Virus record (IMG/VR): IMGVR_UViG_3300045988_149468
Location: 1 to 64,000 of that record
From: a virus
Length of the DNA: 64,000 bases
Reading direction: 5' to 3' (one strand)
This document shows, piece by piece, positions 25,904 through 36,375 of the stretch. How positions within the stretch are numbered: the first letter of the stretch is position 1; each line of letters opens with the position of its first letter. The translations under genes and the position numbers were made by a program. Below the pieces are notes generated by a model that saw only the letters and a list, made by a program, of their open reading frames with translations, searched no databases and was not told the DNA's origin.

Positions 25904-27043
25904 ATGGAGATAAAAAATAAAAAAGATTTTGTCAAAGATTGTCTATCGAAGAAAAATAAATTAATTGATTGTTCTTGGCAAGATATAGTTGATAAATACG
26001 AATTAGATTGCCACCCAGATTCGATCAGACGATGGGCTGATGGAATGAAAATTTATTCTGATATTTTAGAAGAAAATGATTCTATTTCAGTTGATAATGA
26101 AACTTTGATAGAAATTAAAAAACAAAAGATTCAATTAACAGATATAAGAACAAATGTTAATGCTAAAATAAGAGATTTAGCTAGAACTGAAAATGTAATT
26201 GATTTGATGAAAAATGAAATTAAAGAACTTTCAAATAGTAAATCTTTTTTTAATGATTATGAAAATATATCAGTGGGTCAAAATGATATGATATTATGTC
26301 TTGGAGATTGGCATTATGGAATTGAAATTAATAATGCTGTAAATAAATACAATACTGATGTTTGTAAAAAAAGATTAAATAAACTATCTGATAAAGTTAT
26401 TCAATATGGGAAAGAAAATAATATTGATAAATTATATATTGCTTGTTTAGGAGATCTTGTTAGTGGAGAAATACATAATACTATTAAGTTAGATAACCAA
26501 GAAAGTGTTGCTAAACAAGTGATACAAGTTAGTGAAATAGTAGCACAATTAGTAAATAAATTAGCTAAACATTTCTATTGTGTTTTATCAATTATACAAG
26601 GGAATCATGATGCTATAGACATGAATAAAAGTGATAGACTTAATAGAAATAATTATACAAAATTAATAAAAGAGATTGTGAGAGTTAGATTAAACCAATT
26701 AGATAATGTGTTAATTCTTGATAATGAATTTAACGATGGCGAAGTATCATGTTTTAATGTTAAAGGATTAACTGTGGCAACTTGTCATGGTGACAAAATA
26801 GACAAATTGAAAGCTAAACAACAATTAGAAATGGTTGTTGGAAAACCTGTTCAATTAATATTATATGGTCATGTGCATAATCCTCAACATTATGAAATAA
26901 ATGAAACTTCAGTTTATGTAATTGGGAGTTTATCTGGAACTGATGAATATGCTATGAATAGAAAGTTATATACTATACCTAGTCAAACAATATTGTTAGT
27001 TGATGATGAAGGTATTAAATGTTCATATGATATTAAATTATAA
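25904..27043 (+). CDS. calcineurin-like metallophosphoesterase with an N-terminal extra domain
   Basis: The motifs are 'LGDWHYG', 'LGDLVSGEIHN', 'IQGNHD', 'CHGD' and 'LYGHVHNP'. Confidence 0.7.
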   Translation: MEIKNKKDFVKDCLSKKNKLIDCSWQDIVDKYELDCHPDSIRRWADGMKIYSDILEENDSISVDNETLIEIKKQKIQLTDIRTNVNAKIRDLARTENVIDLMKNEIKELSNSKSFFNDYENISVGQNDMILCLGDWHYGIEINNAVNKYNTDVCKKRLNKLSDKVIQYGKENNIDKLYIACLGDLVSGEIHNTIKLDNQESVAKQVIQVSEIVAQLVNKLAKHFYCVLSIIQGNHDAIDMNKSDRLNRNNYTKLIKEIVRVRLNQLDNVLILDNEFNDGEVSCFNVKGLTVATCHGDKIDKLKAKQQLEMVVGKPVQLILYGHVHNPQHYEINETSVYVIGSLSGTDEYAMNRKLYTIPSQTILLVDDEGIKCSYDIKL

Positions 27044-27235
27044 GATTGGAGTAAAATTAAATATGATTTTATAATTAAAACTTATGGGTTAGGTAAAGAT
27101 TAAGAGATTAATATTTTTTAGTTTTTATCTAATTCATAAGTTTTTTACTGTGAATTAGCAATCAAATCAATCTCCTCTCACTTTTATAATCCTACCAGTT
27201 ACTCCCCTTTCTGGTGGGATTCTTTTTTTTTAGTT

Positions 27236-28081
27236 ATGGAGGTGATAACAATTGCTAGACAACAAACAAAATTAAAGTGTTATTGTTGTGGTGAAGAAAG
27301 AGGATTGAAGGAATTTTATAGAGCTTCTTCTTCATTGTATCAACAAAATGGAAAAATGCTAGTTTGTAAACATTGTATTAAAAAGAGATATGAACAGTTA
27401 TTAGCTGTTTATAAAGGTGATAAAGTACAAGCTTTCAAGCATACATTAATGAATTTTGATGTGTATTTTGATTTAGATTTATATAATGTTTGTGTAAAAA
27501 AGGAAGATAATTTTGTAGGTGAGTATTTTAGATTATTAGCTACAAAAGAAAGAAGGGATAAAACTAGCATTGATAATATAATGGATGGTGATTCATCTGC
27601 TACAGGCTTAATATCTGATGAATTAGTTTTATTTTGGGGTAGAGGATATGACTATGAATCTTATATGAGTTTGGAAAGAAAATATGAAAATTATATTAAA
27701 TATTACCCTTCTGAATCAATGCAAGAAAAACAAATAATTAAAACTCTTTGTGAGTTAGAAGTACAAAAAGAAAAAAGTATCATTAAAGGTGATACTAATG
27801 AACAATTAAAAATCAATGACCAGATATCTAAAAAGATGGCTGAATTAGATATTATACCTAGTAAAGCCAAGAAATATAGTGAAGACAAAGATTTAGTTGT
27901 TGGTAAATTAATTGAAATGATTGAAAAAGATGAACCAATACCAGATGTTCATCCTGAATTTAAAGATGTTGATAGAATCTTATATTGGTTAAATAGATAT
28001 TTTATCAGCCCAATGAAAAAAGTATTTGGATTAGAACCAGCGATTTATACCGAGGAGGATGAGGTCAATAAATATTTATAA
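27236..28081 (+). CDS. putative small terminase / packaging-associated DNA-binding protein with an N-terminal Zn ribbon
   Basis: The call rests on its position upstream of terL, the 'CYCCGE...CKHC' motif and the absence of other terS candidates. The start codon is uncertain. Confidence 0.35.
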   Translation: MEVITIARQQTKLKCYCCGEERGLKEFYRASSSLYQQNGKMLVCKHCIKKRYEQLLAVYKGDKVQAFKHTLMNFDVYFDLDLYNVCVKKEDNFVGEYFRLLATKERRDKTSIDNIMDGDSSATGLISDELVLFWGRGYDYESYMSLERKYENYIKYYPSESMQEKQIIKTLCELEVQKEKSIIKGDTNEQLKINDQISKKMAELDIIPSKAKKYSEDKDLVVGKLIEMIEKDEPIPDVHPEFKDVDRILYWLNRYFISPMKKVFGLEPAIYTEEDEVNKYL

Positions 28082-28089
28082 ATATGTTG

Positions 28090-29430
28090 TGAAAACTTAT
28101 AAATATTTATTGACATATTGATGATTCTATGATATAATCTAATTATGATAATTAATAAGGGGAGTGATGAGATGAAATCTTTTATTGTTAGATTGTATCC
28201 AACTAAAGAACAAGAGATTCTGTTCTATAAACATATTAACTGTCAAAGATATGTTTATAATTGGGCATTGAATTTGAATAATGAATTATACAGAAAAGAT
28301 AAAAAGAAATATTCTTCTACTGAGTTAGGTAAAATGTTAACACAATATAAAAAACAAGAAGTGTGGTTGAGTGAAGTTTCTAATGCAACATTAAAAGAAT
28401 CAATTAGAAATTTAGATAAAGCTTATACTAATTTCTATAAGAAAAGAGCAAAATTGCCTAAATTTAAAAGTAAAAAGAAATCTAAATTATCTTTTTACAG
28501 CAGATATGACAAAATTAAATTTTATCAAAATAATACTGTTAATTTAGAAAAAATAGGTAAAGTTAAATATAGATCTAGTTATGATATTGATTTTACTAAA
28601 GAAAATTCATTTAAAAATCCTCATGTGAGTTTCAATGGTAGATGTTGGGTTCTCACGTTTGGATTAGAATTAAAAAATGAAGTTGACATACCAACAGACA
28701 ATGTTATTGGAATCGACTTAGGAATTAAATATTTAGCAGTATGTAGCGATGGAGTTGTTTATAAAAATATAAATAAAGATGCTTCTGTTAAAAAATTAGA
28801 AAAAAGACTTAAAAGATTACAAAGACAAGTGAGTAGAAAATATGAATTAAATAAGAAGGGAGGGAATCGTTACATTAAAACTAATAATATTAAAAAGTTA
28901 GAAAAAGATATTAAGAATATTCATCGAAGACTTAAGAATATAAGATTAAATCATTTACATCAAACAACTGCTGACATAGTGAAAACCAAACCATACAAAG
29001 TAGTTATGGAAGATTTAAATATTACAAATATGATGAAAAATAAATCAATAGCAAAACACGTTTCTAAATTGGGCTTATATGAGTTTATTAGACAAATGAA
29101 ATATAAATGTGAATGGAATGGTATTGAATTTATACAGGTAGATAGATATTATCCATCAAGCAAAATGTGTAGTAAATGTGGAAACATTAAACATGATTTG
29201 AAATTGTCGGATAGAAGATATACTTGTAAATGTGGATTAAATATTGATAGAGATTTTAATGCTAGTTTAAATCTTATGAATTATGGATTATCACATTAAA
29301 GATAACTATAATATGTACCCACTCGTTGATGGGGAATTTAAGTCCTGGGACTATCAATTACTAAAGTAGGTTCGCCGAAATAGGATAGGATGAATAGGAA
29401 AATAAATTTATAACTTTTTATAAGTTTTAA
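28090..29430 (+). mobile_element. TnpB unit (promoter, tnpB, structured 3' RNA) inserted between terS-like and terL
   Basis: TTGACA...TATAAT and the box at 28142-28158, then tnpB, then a structured tail (GGGGAATTTAAGTCC...). The element ends are not defined. Confidence 0.5.
28172..29299 (+). CDS. tnpB: TnpB (paralog of 1273..2415)
   Basis: 'FIVRLYPTKEQ', 'IGIDLGIKY', 'VMEDLNITNM' and 'CSKCGN...CKCGLNIDRDFNASLNL' are present. It shares 'RLKKLQRQVSRKYE' with copy 1. I place the start at ATG 28172 (RBS AAGGGGAG) rather than the track start at 28145. Confidence 0.9.
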   Translation: MKSFIVRLYPTKEQEILFYKHINCQRYVYNWALNLNNELYRKDKKKYSSTELGKMLTQYKKQEVWLSEVSNATLKESIRNLDKAYTNFYKKRAKLPKFKSKKKSKLSFYSRYDKIKFYQNNTVNLEKIGKVKYRSSYDIDFTKENSFKNPHVSFNGRCWVLTFGLELKNEVDIPTDNVIGIDLGIKYLAVCSDGVVYKNINKDASVKKLEKRLKRLQRQVSRKYELNKKGGNRYIKTNNIKKLEKDIKNIHRRLKNIRLNHLHQTTADIVKTKPYKVVMEDLNITNMMKNKSIAKHVSKLGLYEFIRQMKYKCEWNGIEFIQVDRYYPSSKMCSKCGNIKHDLKLSDRRYTCKCGLNIDRDFNASLNLMNYGLSH

Positions 29431-29437
29431 GTAACGG

Positions 29438-31192
29438 ATGAAATGTATGATCCACCAAGTAAAAAGTAAACCAAGAAGAAGTTTAAAAAAAGATTCATTT
29501 CAAAATTTATTAGATGGTACTAAAATATGGGCTGAATATTGGAGAAAAAATCCACATAGATTTGCAATTGAATATTTACAATTAAATTTATATTGGTTTC
29601 AAATGGTTTTAATTTATATGATGAATATATGTAATATAAATGCTATAATTGCTTGTAGAGGTTTAGGAAAATCATGGATTACCGCTGTGTTTTGTTGTGT
29701 TAGAGCAATTTTATATCCTGGTAGTAAAATAATTATTGCATCTGGAAATAAAAAACAAGCAGGAAATATAATTACGGAAAAAATAGTAGATTTACAAAGG
29801 GAATCACCTGCTTTAGCTAGAGAAATTAAAGAAATTAAAACTCAACATGATAATATATGTTGTATATTTAAAAATGGTTCAACTATAAGAGTAACAACTT
29901 CTGGTGATGGAGCAAGAGGGGCTAGAGGTAATGTTCTTGTAGCTGATGAATTTAGACTTATCAAAGAAAAAGATATAAATTTTGTCTTAAAACAATTTTT
30001 AACAGCCCCTAGAAAACCTCCATTTATGGAAAAAGAAGAATATAAAAATTATCCAAAAGAAAGTAATCGTGAGATATATTTAAGTTCTGCGTGGTTAAAA
30101 AGTCACTGGAGTTACAATAAATTTGAAACAACTGTAAAAAGTATGTGTGAAGGTAAGCCTTCATTTGCTTGTGACATACCTTATATATGTTCATTAGATC
30201 ATGATTTATTGCTTAAAGAAAAAATAGAAGAAGATAAGGCACAAATAGGTCAAGTAGCTTATGATATGGAGTATTGTGGTCTATGGTTTGGGGAATCAGA
30301 AAATTCATACTTTAAATCTGATGAAATTAATAATTGTAGAGTATTAAATACAGCATTTTATCCTATGACTGTTAGTGATTATAGAGATGAAAAAGAAAAA
30401 GAGAAAAAAAGAAAACAAATGCCTAAAATGAAAGGTGAAATTAGGATAATGGGTATAGACGTTGCTGTTATGGGTGGTAAAAATAATGACAACTCTATAT
30501 ATACTTTAATGAGATTAATCCCTAATGTAAATGGATTTACTAGAGAAGTTGTGCATATGGAATCATACAATGGTTTAGATGTTGAAGAACAAGCCATGAG
30601 AATTAAAAGATTATTCTTTGAATTTAAATGTAATAAGATAATCATTGACTACAATGGTACTGGTTTTGCAGTTTTAAATGAATTAATGAAAGATACTTAT
30701 GATAAAATTGCAGATGCACATTATCCATCATTTGCAATATATGAAAGAAATACTAAAGAAAATGAACTTGATGTTGAAATGGGTAAAGGTGGTTTACCTG
30801 TGATTTATGCTATTAAACCAACAGAAACAAGTAATAATAATTGTTGTGTATGGTTAAAAAATGCTTTTGCATCAAGAAAAATAAGATTATTAATAGATGA
30901 ATCTGAAAAAAGAACAGATTATACAAAAGATAAAAAATTCTTTACAGACCCTGAGTATTCAGCACTTCAAATAGCACCTTTTATACAAACATCACAATTT
31001 GTATTTGAAACTTTAAATTTGGTATATGAAGTTAGAGATAAAGGGAATATAGCTGTAAGAGAACAAGGTAGAAATAGGAAAGATAGATATTCAAGTTTAT
31101 CATATGCTAATTATTTAGCTGAATTAATAGAAAATGAAAAATATAAAAAAGGTAAAAAAAGAAAAAGTAAATTTATGTTCTTTTATAATTAA
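29438..31192 (+). CDS. terL: terminase large subunit
   Basis: It has the Walker A-like 'ACRGLGKSW', Walker B 'VLVADEFRL' and nuclease motif 'IMGIDVAV'. The portal gene follows. Confidence 0.85.
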   Translation: MKCMIHQVKSKPRRSLKKDSFQNLLDGTKIWAEYWRKNPHRFAIEYLQLNLYWFQMVLIYMMNICNINAIIACRGLGKSWITAVFCCVRAILYPGSKIIIASGNKKQAGNIITEKIVDLQRESPALAREIKEIKTQHDNICCIFKNGSTIRVTTSGDGARGARGNVLVADEFRLIKEKDINFVLKQFLTAPRKPPFMEKEEYKNYPKESNREIYLSSAWLKSHWSYNKFETTVKSMCEGKPSFACDIPYICSLDHDLLLKEKIEEDKAQIGQVAYDMEYCGLWFGESENSYFKSDEINNCRVLNTAFYPMTVSDYRDEKEKEKKRKQMPKMKGEIRIMGIDVAVMGGKNNDNSIYTLMRLIPNVNGFTREVVHMESYNGLDVEEQAMRIKRLFFEFKCNKIIIDYNGTGFAVLNELMKDTYDKIADAHYPSFAIYERNTKENELDVEMGKGGLPVIYAIKPTETSNNNCCVWLKNAFASRKIRLLIDESEKRTDYTKDKKFFTDPEYSALQIAPFIQTSQFVFETLNLVYEVRDKGNIAVREQGRNRKDRYSSLSYANYLAELIENEKYKKGKKRKSKFMFFYN

Positions 31193-31205
31193 AAAGGAGG
31201 TGTAG

Positions 31206-32660
31206 ATGTTTTTGAGTGATGAAAAATTTACTATGGTCGATTTTGCAAAGAAAATAGCAAGTGATATTAGCTATTTTGATGAATTAGAAGATAAACGATA
31301 TGGTACATTTACACCAGAACAAATAGCTAGAATATTAGAAAGACCTAAAGATAATGCTAAAAAGCTACAATTATTACATGATAGATTATTAACTAATTGT
31401 GGTATTTTAAAAGAAATATTAATATATAAATCTTCAATGTTAACTTATGACCATTTTCTTGTTGCTGATGTATTAAAAGTAAATAAAAAAGCAAAATTAG
31501 ATAAAGAATATCCAAAAGCTTGTAAACGATTAAAAGCTTATAGATTAAAATATAATGCTCCTTGGATGATGCATTCTTTACTAAGTGCAGGAGAATTGTT
31601 TATTTATATTTACGATGATATTGAAAATGGTAATTTTGATATATTAAAAATACCTACTGAATTATGTAAAATAACAAACATTAAAAATGGTATTGGTAAA
31701 TATTCAATCAATATACCTAAATTATTAAGTTATGATGAAGATAAATTAAATTCTTTACCTCAAGAGTTTAGAAAAATAAGAAAAAAAGCTGAAGATAGTG
31801 ATATTACAAAAGATAAAAATTATCATAAACATTGGTATCAAATAACAAGTAATCAAGCTTGGGGTTTTACTATTAATTATATGGAAACTAAAGGTTTGCC
31901 TTATTATACTTCTATGATTAAAGATTTAGTTAAATTAAATAAATTAGCTAAAATAGAAGATGATGGGGCTGTACTTTCAAATTATAAATTAGTAGTACAA
32001 AAATTACCACTTAATGATGAAGGTGAAATATTATGTGATTATGATGAAGCAACAGGATATCATGAAGCAGTAAAAAATGCAGTTGGAGCTGGGGATAATG
32101 TTGGTGTTGGCGTAGTTACAACTCCTTATACTGTTAGTTCTGAATCATTAGGTGATAATAAAAGTAAAGAACTATCTTATACTAGCAATGTAAAAGAGAG
32201 AGCTTATGATGATGCTGGTATATCATCAGAAATATTTAATGGTTCACGTTCAAATAACCTTTCTGTTCAATATGGACAAATCTCAGATTCAATTCTTCCA
32301 TTAAAACTACTTCAAATGTTTGAGGTATTTTGGAATAATTACATGGAAAATGATAAAATTCTAAAAAATTACATTTTATATTTTATAGACAATAATAGAT
32401 TTAATAAAGCTGATAATATTAAGTTAGCTGTAAGTTCAATAGCATTATGGGACTCACGATTGAAATATTTAGCCACACTAGGACTAGAACCTTATGAGGC
32501 TTTATGTATTCTTAATCAAGAAAAACTAATGGGTATAGATGAATTTATGCCACCTATGTTATCATCACATACTGCTACATCTGAAGACTTGGATCAAGGA
32601 AGACCTTCTGCAAGTGAGAGTGAGACGAGTGATACAAATCAATCTGAATCTCAAAACTAG
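31206..32660 (+). CDS. portal protein
   Basis: It is 484 aa, lies immediately after terL and has an acidic C-terminal tail. Confidence 0.65.
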   Translation: MFLSDEKFTMVDFAKKIASDISYFDELEDKRYGTFTPEQIARILERPKDNAKKLQLLHDRLLTNCGILKEILIYKSSMLTYDHFLVADVLKVNKKAKLDKEYPKACKRLKAYRLKYNAPWMMHSLLSAGELFIYIYDDIENGNFDILKIPTELCKITNIKNGIGKYSINIPKLLSYDEDKLNSLPQEFRKIRKKAEDSDITKDKNYHKHWYQITSNQAWGFTINYMETKGLPYYTSMIKDLVKLNKLAKIEDDGAVLSNYKLVVQKLPLNDEGEILCDYDEATGYHEAVKNAVGAGDNVGVGVVTTPYTVSSESLGDNKSKELSYTSNVKERAYDDAGISSEIFNGSRSNNLSVQYGQISDSILPLKLLQMFEVFWNNYMENDKILKNYILYFIDNNRFNKADNIKLAVSSIALWDSRLKYLATLGLEPYEALCILNQEKLMGIDEFMPPMLSSHTATSEDLDQGRPSASESETSDTNQSESQN

Positions 32661-32672
32661 GAGGGATATAAA

Positions 32673-33506
32673 ATGGATAAATTTTTATGTAAAGGAATGA
32701 AGACAAGTAATATTGAAAAGTTTCAATCACAAGGTTGGAGAGGTACAGGTATTAGCATATTAGTACTTGATACTGGATATTCTGAACATGAATACATAAA
32801 GAAAAATATAGTTGAATGTAAAAACTTTACTAATGAAATAGATTACAAAGATAATAATGGACATGGCACTTTTGTAATAGGTGAAATATTACAAGTAGCT
32901 CCTAATTCTAAAATATATGTTGGTAAAGTATTAGATGACAAAGGCAATGGGTCATATGATAGCATTATTAATGGATTAAAATGGGGTATTGAATTAGGAG
33001 TGGATATTATTAATATGTCTTTAGGTGCAACTAAAGATACTAATGAATTATACATTACTGTTAAAGAAGCTATTAATAAAGGAATAAGTATTGTTTGCTC
33101 AGCTGGGAATAATGGTGATGGTAATCCTAATACAGATGAATTAGAATATCCATCTTGCTATGAAGAAGTAATTAATGTCGGTGCAATTGATCTTAATAAA
33201 AGAATAGCACCTTATTCTAATAGTAATACTTATGTTGACTTATGTGCTGTTGGAACTGATATAACATCAACATACAAAGAAGGTAATAAATGGTGTAGAT
33301 GTAGTGGAACATCTATGTCAACACCTATTGTAAGTGGATTTCTAGCATTATTGAAAGAGAAATTTATCTATCAATGGGATAGAAAACCTAGTGAAAAAGA
33401 ATTATATGCAAGATTAATCAAAAATACAGTAGAAATAAAAGGATTAAAACCTCATGAATTAGGTAATGGATTTTTATATTATACTGATACAGATGATGAT
33501 TTATAA
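32673..33506 (+). CDS. subtilisin-like (S8) serine protease, no signal peptide or prodomain
   Basis: The catalytic triad motifs are 'LVLDTGY' (Asp), 'NGHGTFV' (His) and 'SGTSMSTP' (Ser). Confidence 0.8.
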   Translation: MDKFLCKGMKTSNIEKFQSQGWRGTGISILVLDTGYSEHEYIKKNIVECKNFTNEIDYKDNNGHGTFVIGEILQVAPNSKIYVGKVLDDKGNGSYDSIINGLKWGIELGVDIINMSLGATKDTNELYITVKEAINKGISIVCSAGNNGDGNPNTDELEYPSCYEEVINVGAIDLNKRIAPYSNSNTYVDLCAVGTDITSTYKEGNKWCRCSGTSMSTPIVSGFLALLKEKFIYQWDRKPSEKELYARLIKNTVEIKGLKPHELGNGFLYYTDTDDDL

Positions 33507-33701
33507 ATGGAGGAGATTGGATTGAAATTTTTATATGTTAAAGATGAAAATATTAAAGATAAATTATTAGCTAATGGATTTACAATGTTGCAATGTAAAG
33601 AACAAAATGGTAAATATTATGTATTTGCTAATAATGGTGTATTAACATTTAGTGAAAATGATAAAAAGGAAATTTTATTTAGTAATGAAATACATTTGTA
33701 A
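33507..33701 (+). CDS. hypothetical protein (64 aa)
   Basis: Its start abuts the protease stop codon. Confidence 0.45.
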   Translation: MEEIGLKFLYVKDENIKDKLLANGFTMLQCKEQNGKYYVFANNGVLTFSENDKKEILFSNEIHL

Positions 33702-33753
33702 AATTGAATATGATAATTAATAAGGGAAGCGAGGAATATAAGGAGGCTAGTAT

Positions 33754-34695
33754 ATGCAAGATACTTATGAAAGAGTACAAGCAATAAATATCGATACAGG
33801 AGAAGTATTAGGAACAACTTATATCAAAACAAATGGATCTGAAGAAATAATTCTAAAAGCCGAAAAGAAAAAGGCATTAACTCCAGAACAACAAATGTTT
33901 TTAAATAATAAAATTCAATTAAGAAAACAGTGTAAGGTGTTAGGAGGTTTTGTTCATATGATTTATGCTAAAAATGAATTATTATTTAATAAATTAGGAT
34001 TAGATAAAGCTAATATTAGCAGAATAATATATTTAGCAACTTATTCTGATTATGAACAAAAGGGATTATTAACTATAAAAGAAAGAAGTAAAGATGGAAC
34101 ATTTTCATCTAATGCACCAATGAGTAGAAAACAAATTCAAAGTGTATTAGGTCTAGGTGATACAGCTTTTAGAAAATTCTTAAATAACATGAAAGAAAAT
34201 GATGTAATGTTTGAATTGGACAAATCTTATTTTGTAAACACTAAATATTTTATCAAAGGTGAAGTTGAAGATATTGATAAAACTAAACAAAGTTATTGTA
34301 GATTATTTATAAATACAATAAGAGAGTTATATGAAGGATGTCCAACTAATAAACATAAAACTTTGGCTAATGTATATCAATTAATACCATTTGTTCATTA
34401 TTCTAATAATATGATATGCCATGATCCTGATGTATTGGAAGACAAAGCTAAACCAATGACATTAACTGAGATTGGTAAATTATTAAACATTAAAGATGGA
34501 AAAGGTCATTTGAGAAGGTTAGTAAAAGAATTAGGAAATTTTTATGTTACTGTAAATGGTAGAGAATATAAATTATTTGCTTATAATATTAATGATGATA
34601 AAGACTTTTATTTTATCAATCCATATGTTGTATACAGTGGAAATGACATTAAGAAATTACGTTGGGTAGCTGATACATATTTCTTTAGAGATTAA
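33754..34695 (+). CDS. hypothetical protein (moron inside the head module)
   Basis: It has its own box (33707-33723) and RBS. The 17-nt direct repeat GAATATGATAATTAATA flanks it (33706-33722 and 34794-34810). Confidence 0.55.
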   Translation: MQDTYERVQAINIDTGEVLGTTYIKTNGSEEIILKAEKKKALTPEQQMFLNNKIQLRKQCKVLGGFVHMIYAKNELLFNKLGLDKANISRIIYLATYSDYEQKGLLTIKERSKDGTFSSNAPMSRKQIQSVLGLGDTAFRKFLNNMKENDVMFELDKSYFVNTKYFIKGEVEDIDKTKQSYCRLFINTIRELYEGCPTNKHKTLANVYQLIPFVHYSNNMICHDPDVLEDKAKPMTLTEIGKLLNIKDGKGHLRRLVKELGNFYVTVNGREYKLFAYNINDDKDFYFINPYVVYSGNDIKKLRWVADTYFFRD

Positions 34696-34867
34696 TTTTT
34701 CGTTTATCGTTATAAATTACCTTCACTACGTTCAATCAAGTTATTCATATAAACATAGGGTGGTTAAGTTATAATAAAGTGAAAATTAAGAAGGAATATG
34801 ATAATTAATACCTCGCAAAATGGAGGGATACAAACAACAAAACGTTGCAAAATGGAGGAGAAATAAA

Positions 34868-35047
34868 ATGAAACCAATATTTATATGTTATAACAAATAT
34901 TTAAAAAGATTTTTATGTAAAAATGGTCAAATATCATGGTGTTCTGGTATTAATAAAAGTTCAAAACATCAATTTTGGATATTTATGAATAGCAAAGAAC
35001 TAAGTGATTTAATTGAACAATACAATAAAGATAAAATACAAACTTAA
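34868..35047 (+). CDS. small hypothetical protein
   Basis: ATG at 34868 follows a GGAGGAG RBS, in frame within track ORF 34820..35047. Confidence 0.4.
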   Translation: MKPIFICYNKYLKRFLCKNGQISWCSGINKSSKHQFWIFMNSKELSDLIEQYNKDKIQT

Positions 35048-35099
35048 ATTTAGCTTATTAAGAGATTTATTTGAATCTCTTTTTATTATATACAAAATT

Positions 35100-36365
35100 A
35101 TGGAAAGGAGGAAACCTTCCTTGAAAGAAAGAGTACAAGGTAAAATTGTATCTTTTGATTTGGAAAATAACAACAGTAGATTCGTTAGATGTAAGTTAAA
35201 ATTAATGCATGATGGCGAATCAAAAAATAGAACACAATTTACCAAAGAGGTTATGATGAATTGTGTAGAAAAAACTGTTAGAAATACACCGATATTATGT
35301 CATGTTTATAAAGATGTTGATGGCAATTATAAAATAGGAAATCACGATATGGATTTTGATTTAGAAAAAAATAAAGATGGTGATTTTGAATTTACTACAA
35401 CACATTTAGAAAAACCTGTTGGGTTTATACCAGAATCAACTGAAATATTTACTGAAGAAGAAGATGGAAGAACTTATGTTTATGCTATTGGATTATTATG
35501 GAAGCATTATATGGATAAATTAGAAGATTTATTATTAGATAAAGACTGTGTGTCTAATATATCTACTGAATTACTTTGTAATGATGCTGAAATGAATGAT
35601 GACAATATATTAGATATAAGGGAATTTGAACTTATGGGAACAACAATTATAAGTGCTGAAACAGGTATGCATAATACTGTTGGTGAATTTTATTTTTCAA
35701 ATGAAGATACAATGACTGTAGAAGATATGCAATTAGCATATAGTGAAGAATTGAGAGGAGGTGAAAAGGAAAACATGGATGAAAATGTAAAAGATCAAGT
35801 AGTTGAAAATGCTATCGAAGAACAAGAACCTCAAGTTGATGATTCGTTAGAAGAAACTGTTGTTGAAAATGCCGATAAAAAAGATAAAAAAGATAAAAAA
35901 GATGAACCTGAAAAGGATGAAGAAAAAACTGAAGAAGACGACAAGAAAAAGAAAAACGAATTAGAAGAAAAATATGAAGAGTTACAAGCTCAATTTGAAA
36001 GTTTAAAACAAGAAAACATAGCACTTAATGAAAAATTAGAATCAATGAAAGATTATGATGAATTAAAAGAATTTAAATTACAATCAGATAGAGCTAAGTT
36101 TGAACAAGAAGTTGAAGAAGTTACTGCTAAATTCGGATTAGCTGAAGAAGAAATATCTGAATTAAAAGGCAAAGTTTTAAACTATGAATTAGAATTAAAA
36201 GCTTATGAAAAAGAATTAGGTTATATGTATGCTATGAAAAAATTAGCTGAAACAAAAGTTGAAAAATTTAGCAAAGAAGAAATAAAAGAAGAAATGCCAC
36301 AAATAGATAATGGTGATTCTGAAGATGAACCTTATGGTGGATTATTTAGTATATTAGATAAATAG
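35100..36365 (+). CDS. scaffolding protein (acidic coiled-coil C-terminus); N-terminal domain of uncertain, possibly protease-like, function
   Basis: The call rests on its position between portal and capsid genes, the KKDKKDKKDE low-complexity run and a long E/K-rich coiled coil. The true start may be TTG 35121, after the AAAGGAGG RBS. Confidence 0.5.
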   Translation: MERRKPSLKERVQGKIVSFDLENNNSRFVRCKLKLMHDGESKNRTQFTKEVMMNCVEKTVRNTPILCHVYKDVDGNYKIGNHDMDFDLEKNKDGDFEFTTTHLEKPVGFIPESTEIFTEEEDGRTYVYAIGLLWKHYMDKLEDLLLDKDCVSNISTELLCNDAEMNDDNILDIREFELMGTTIISAETGMHNTVGEFYFSNEDTMTVEDMQLAYSEELRGGEKENMDENVKDQVVENAIEEQEPQVDDSLEETVVENADKKDKKDKKDEPEKDEEKTEEDDKKKKNELEEKYEELQAQFESLKQENIALNEKLESMKDYDELKEFKLQSDRAKFEQEVEEVTAKFGLAEEEISELKGKVLNYELELKAYEKELGYMYAMKKLAETKVEKFSKEEIKEEMPQIDNGDSEDEPYGGLFSILDK

Positions 36366-36375
36366 GAGGAATAAT

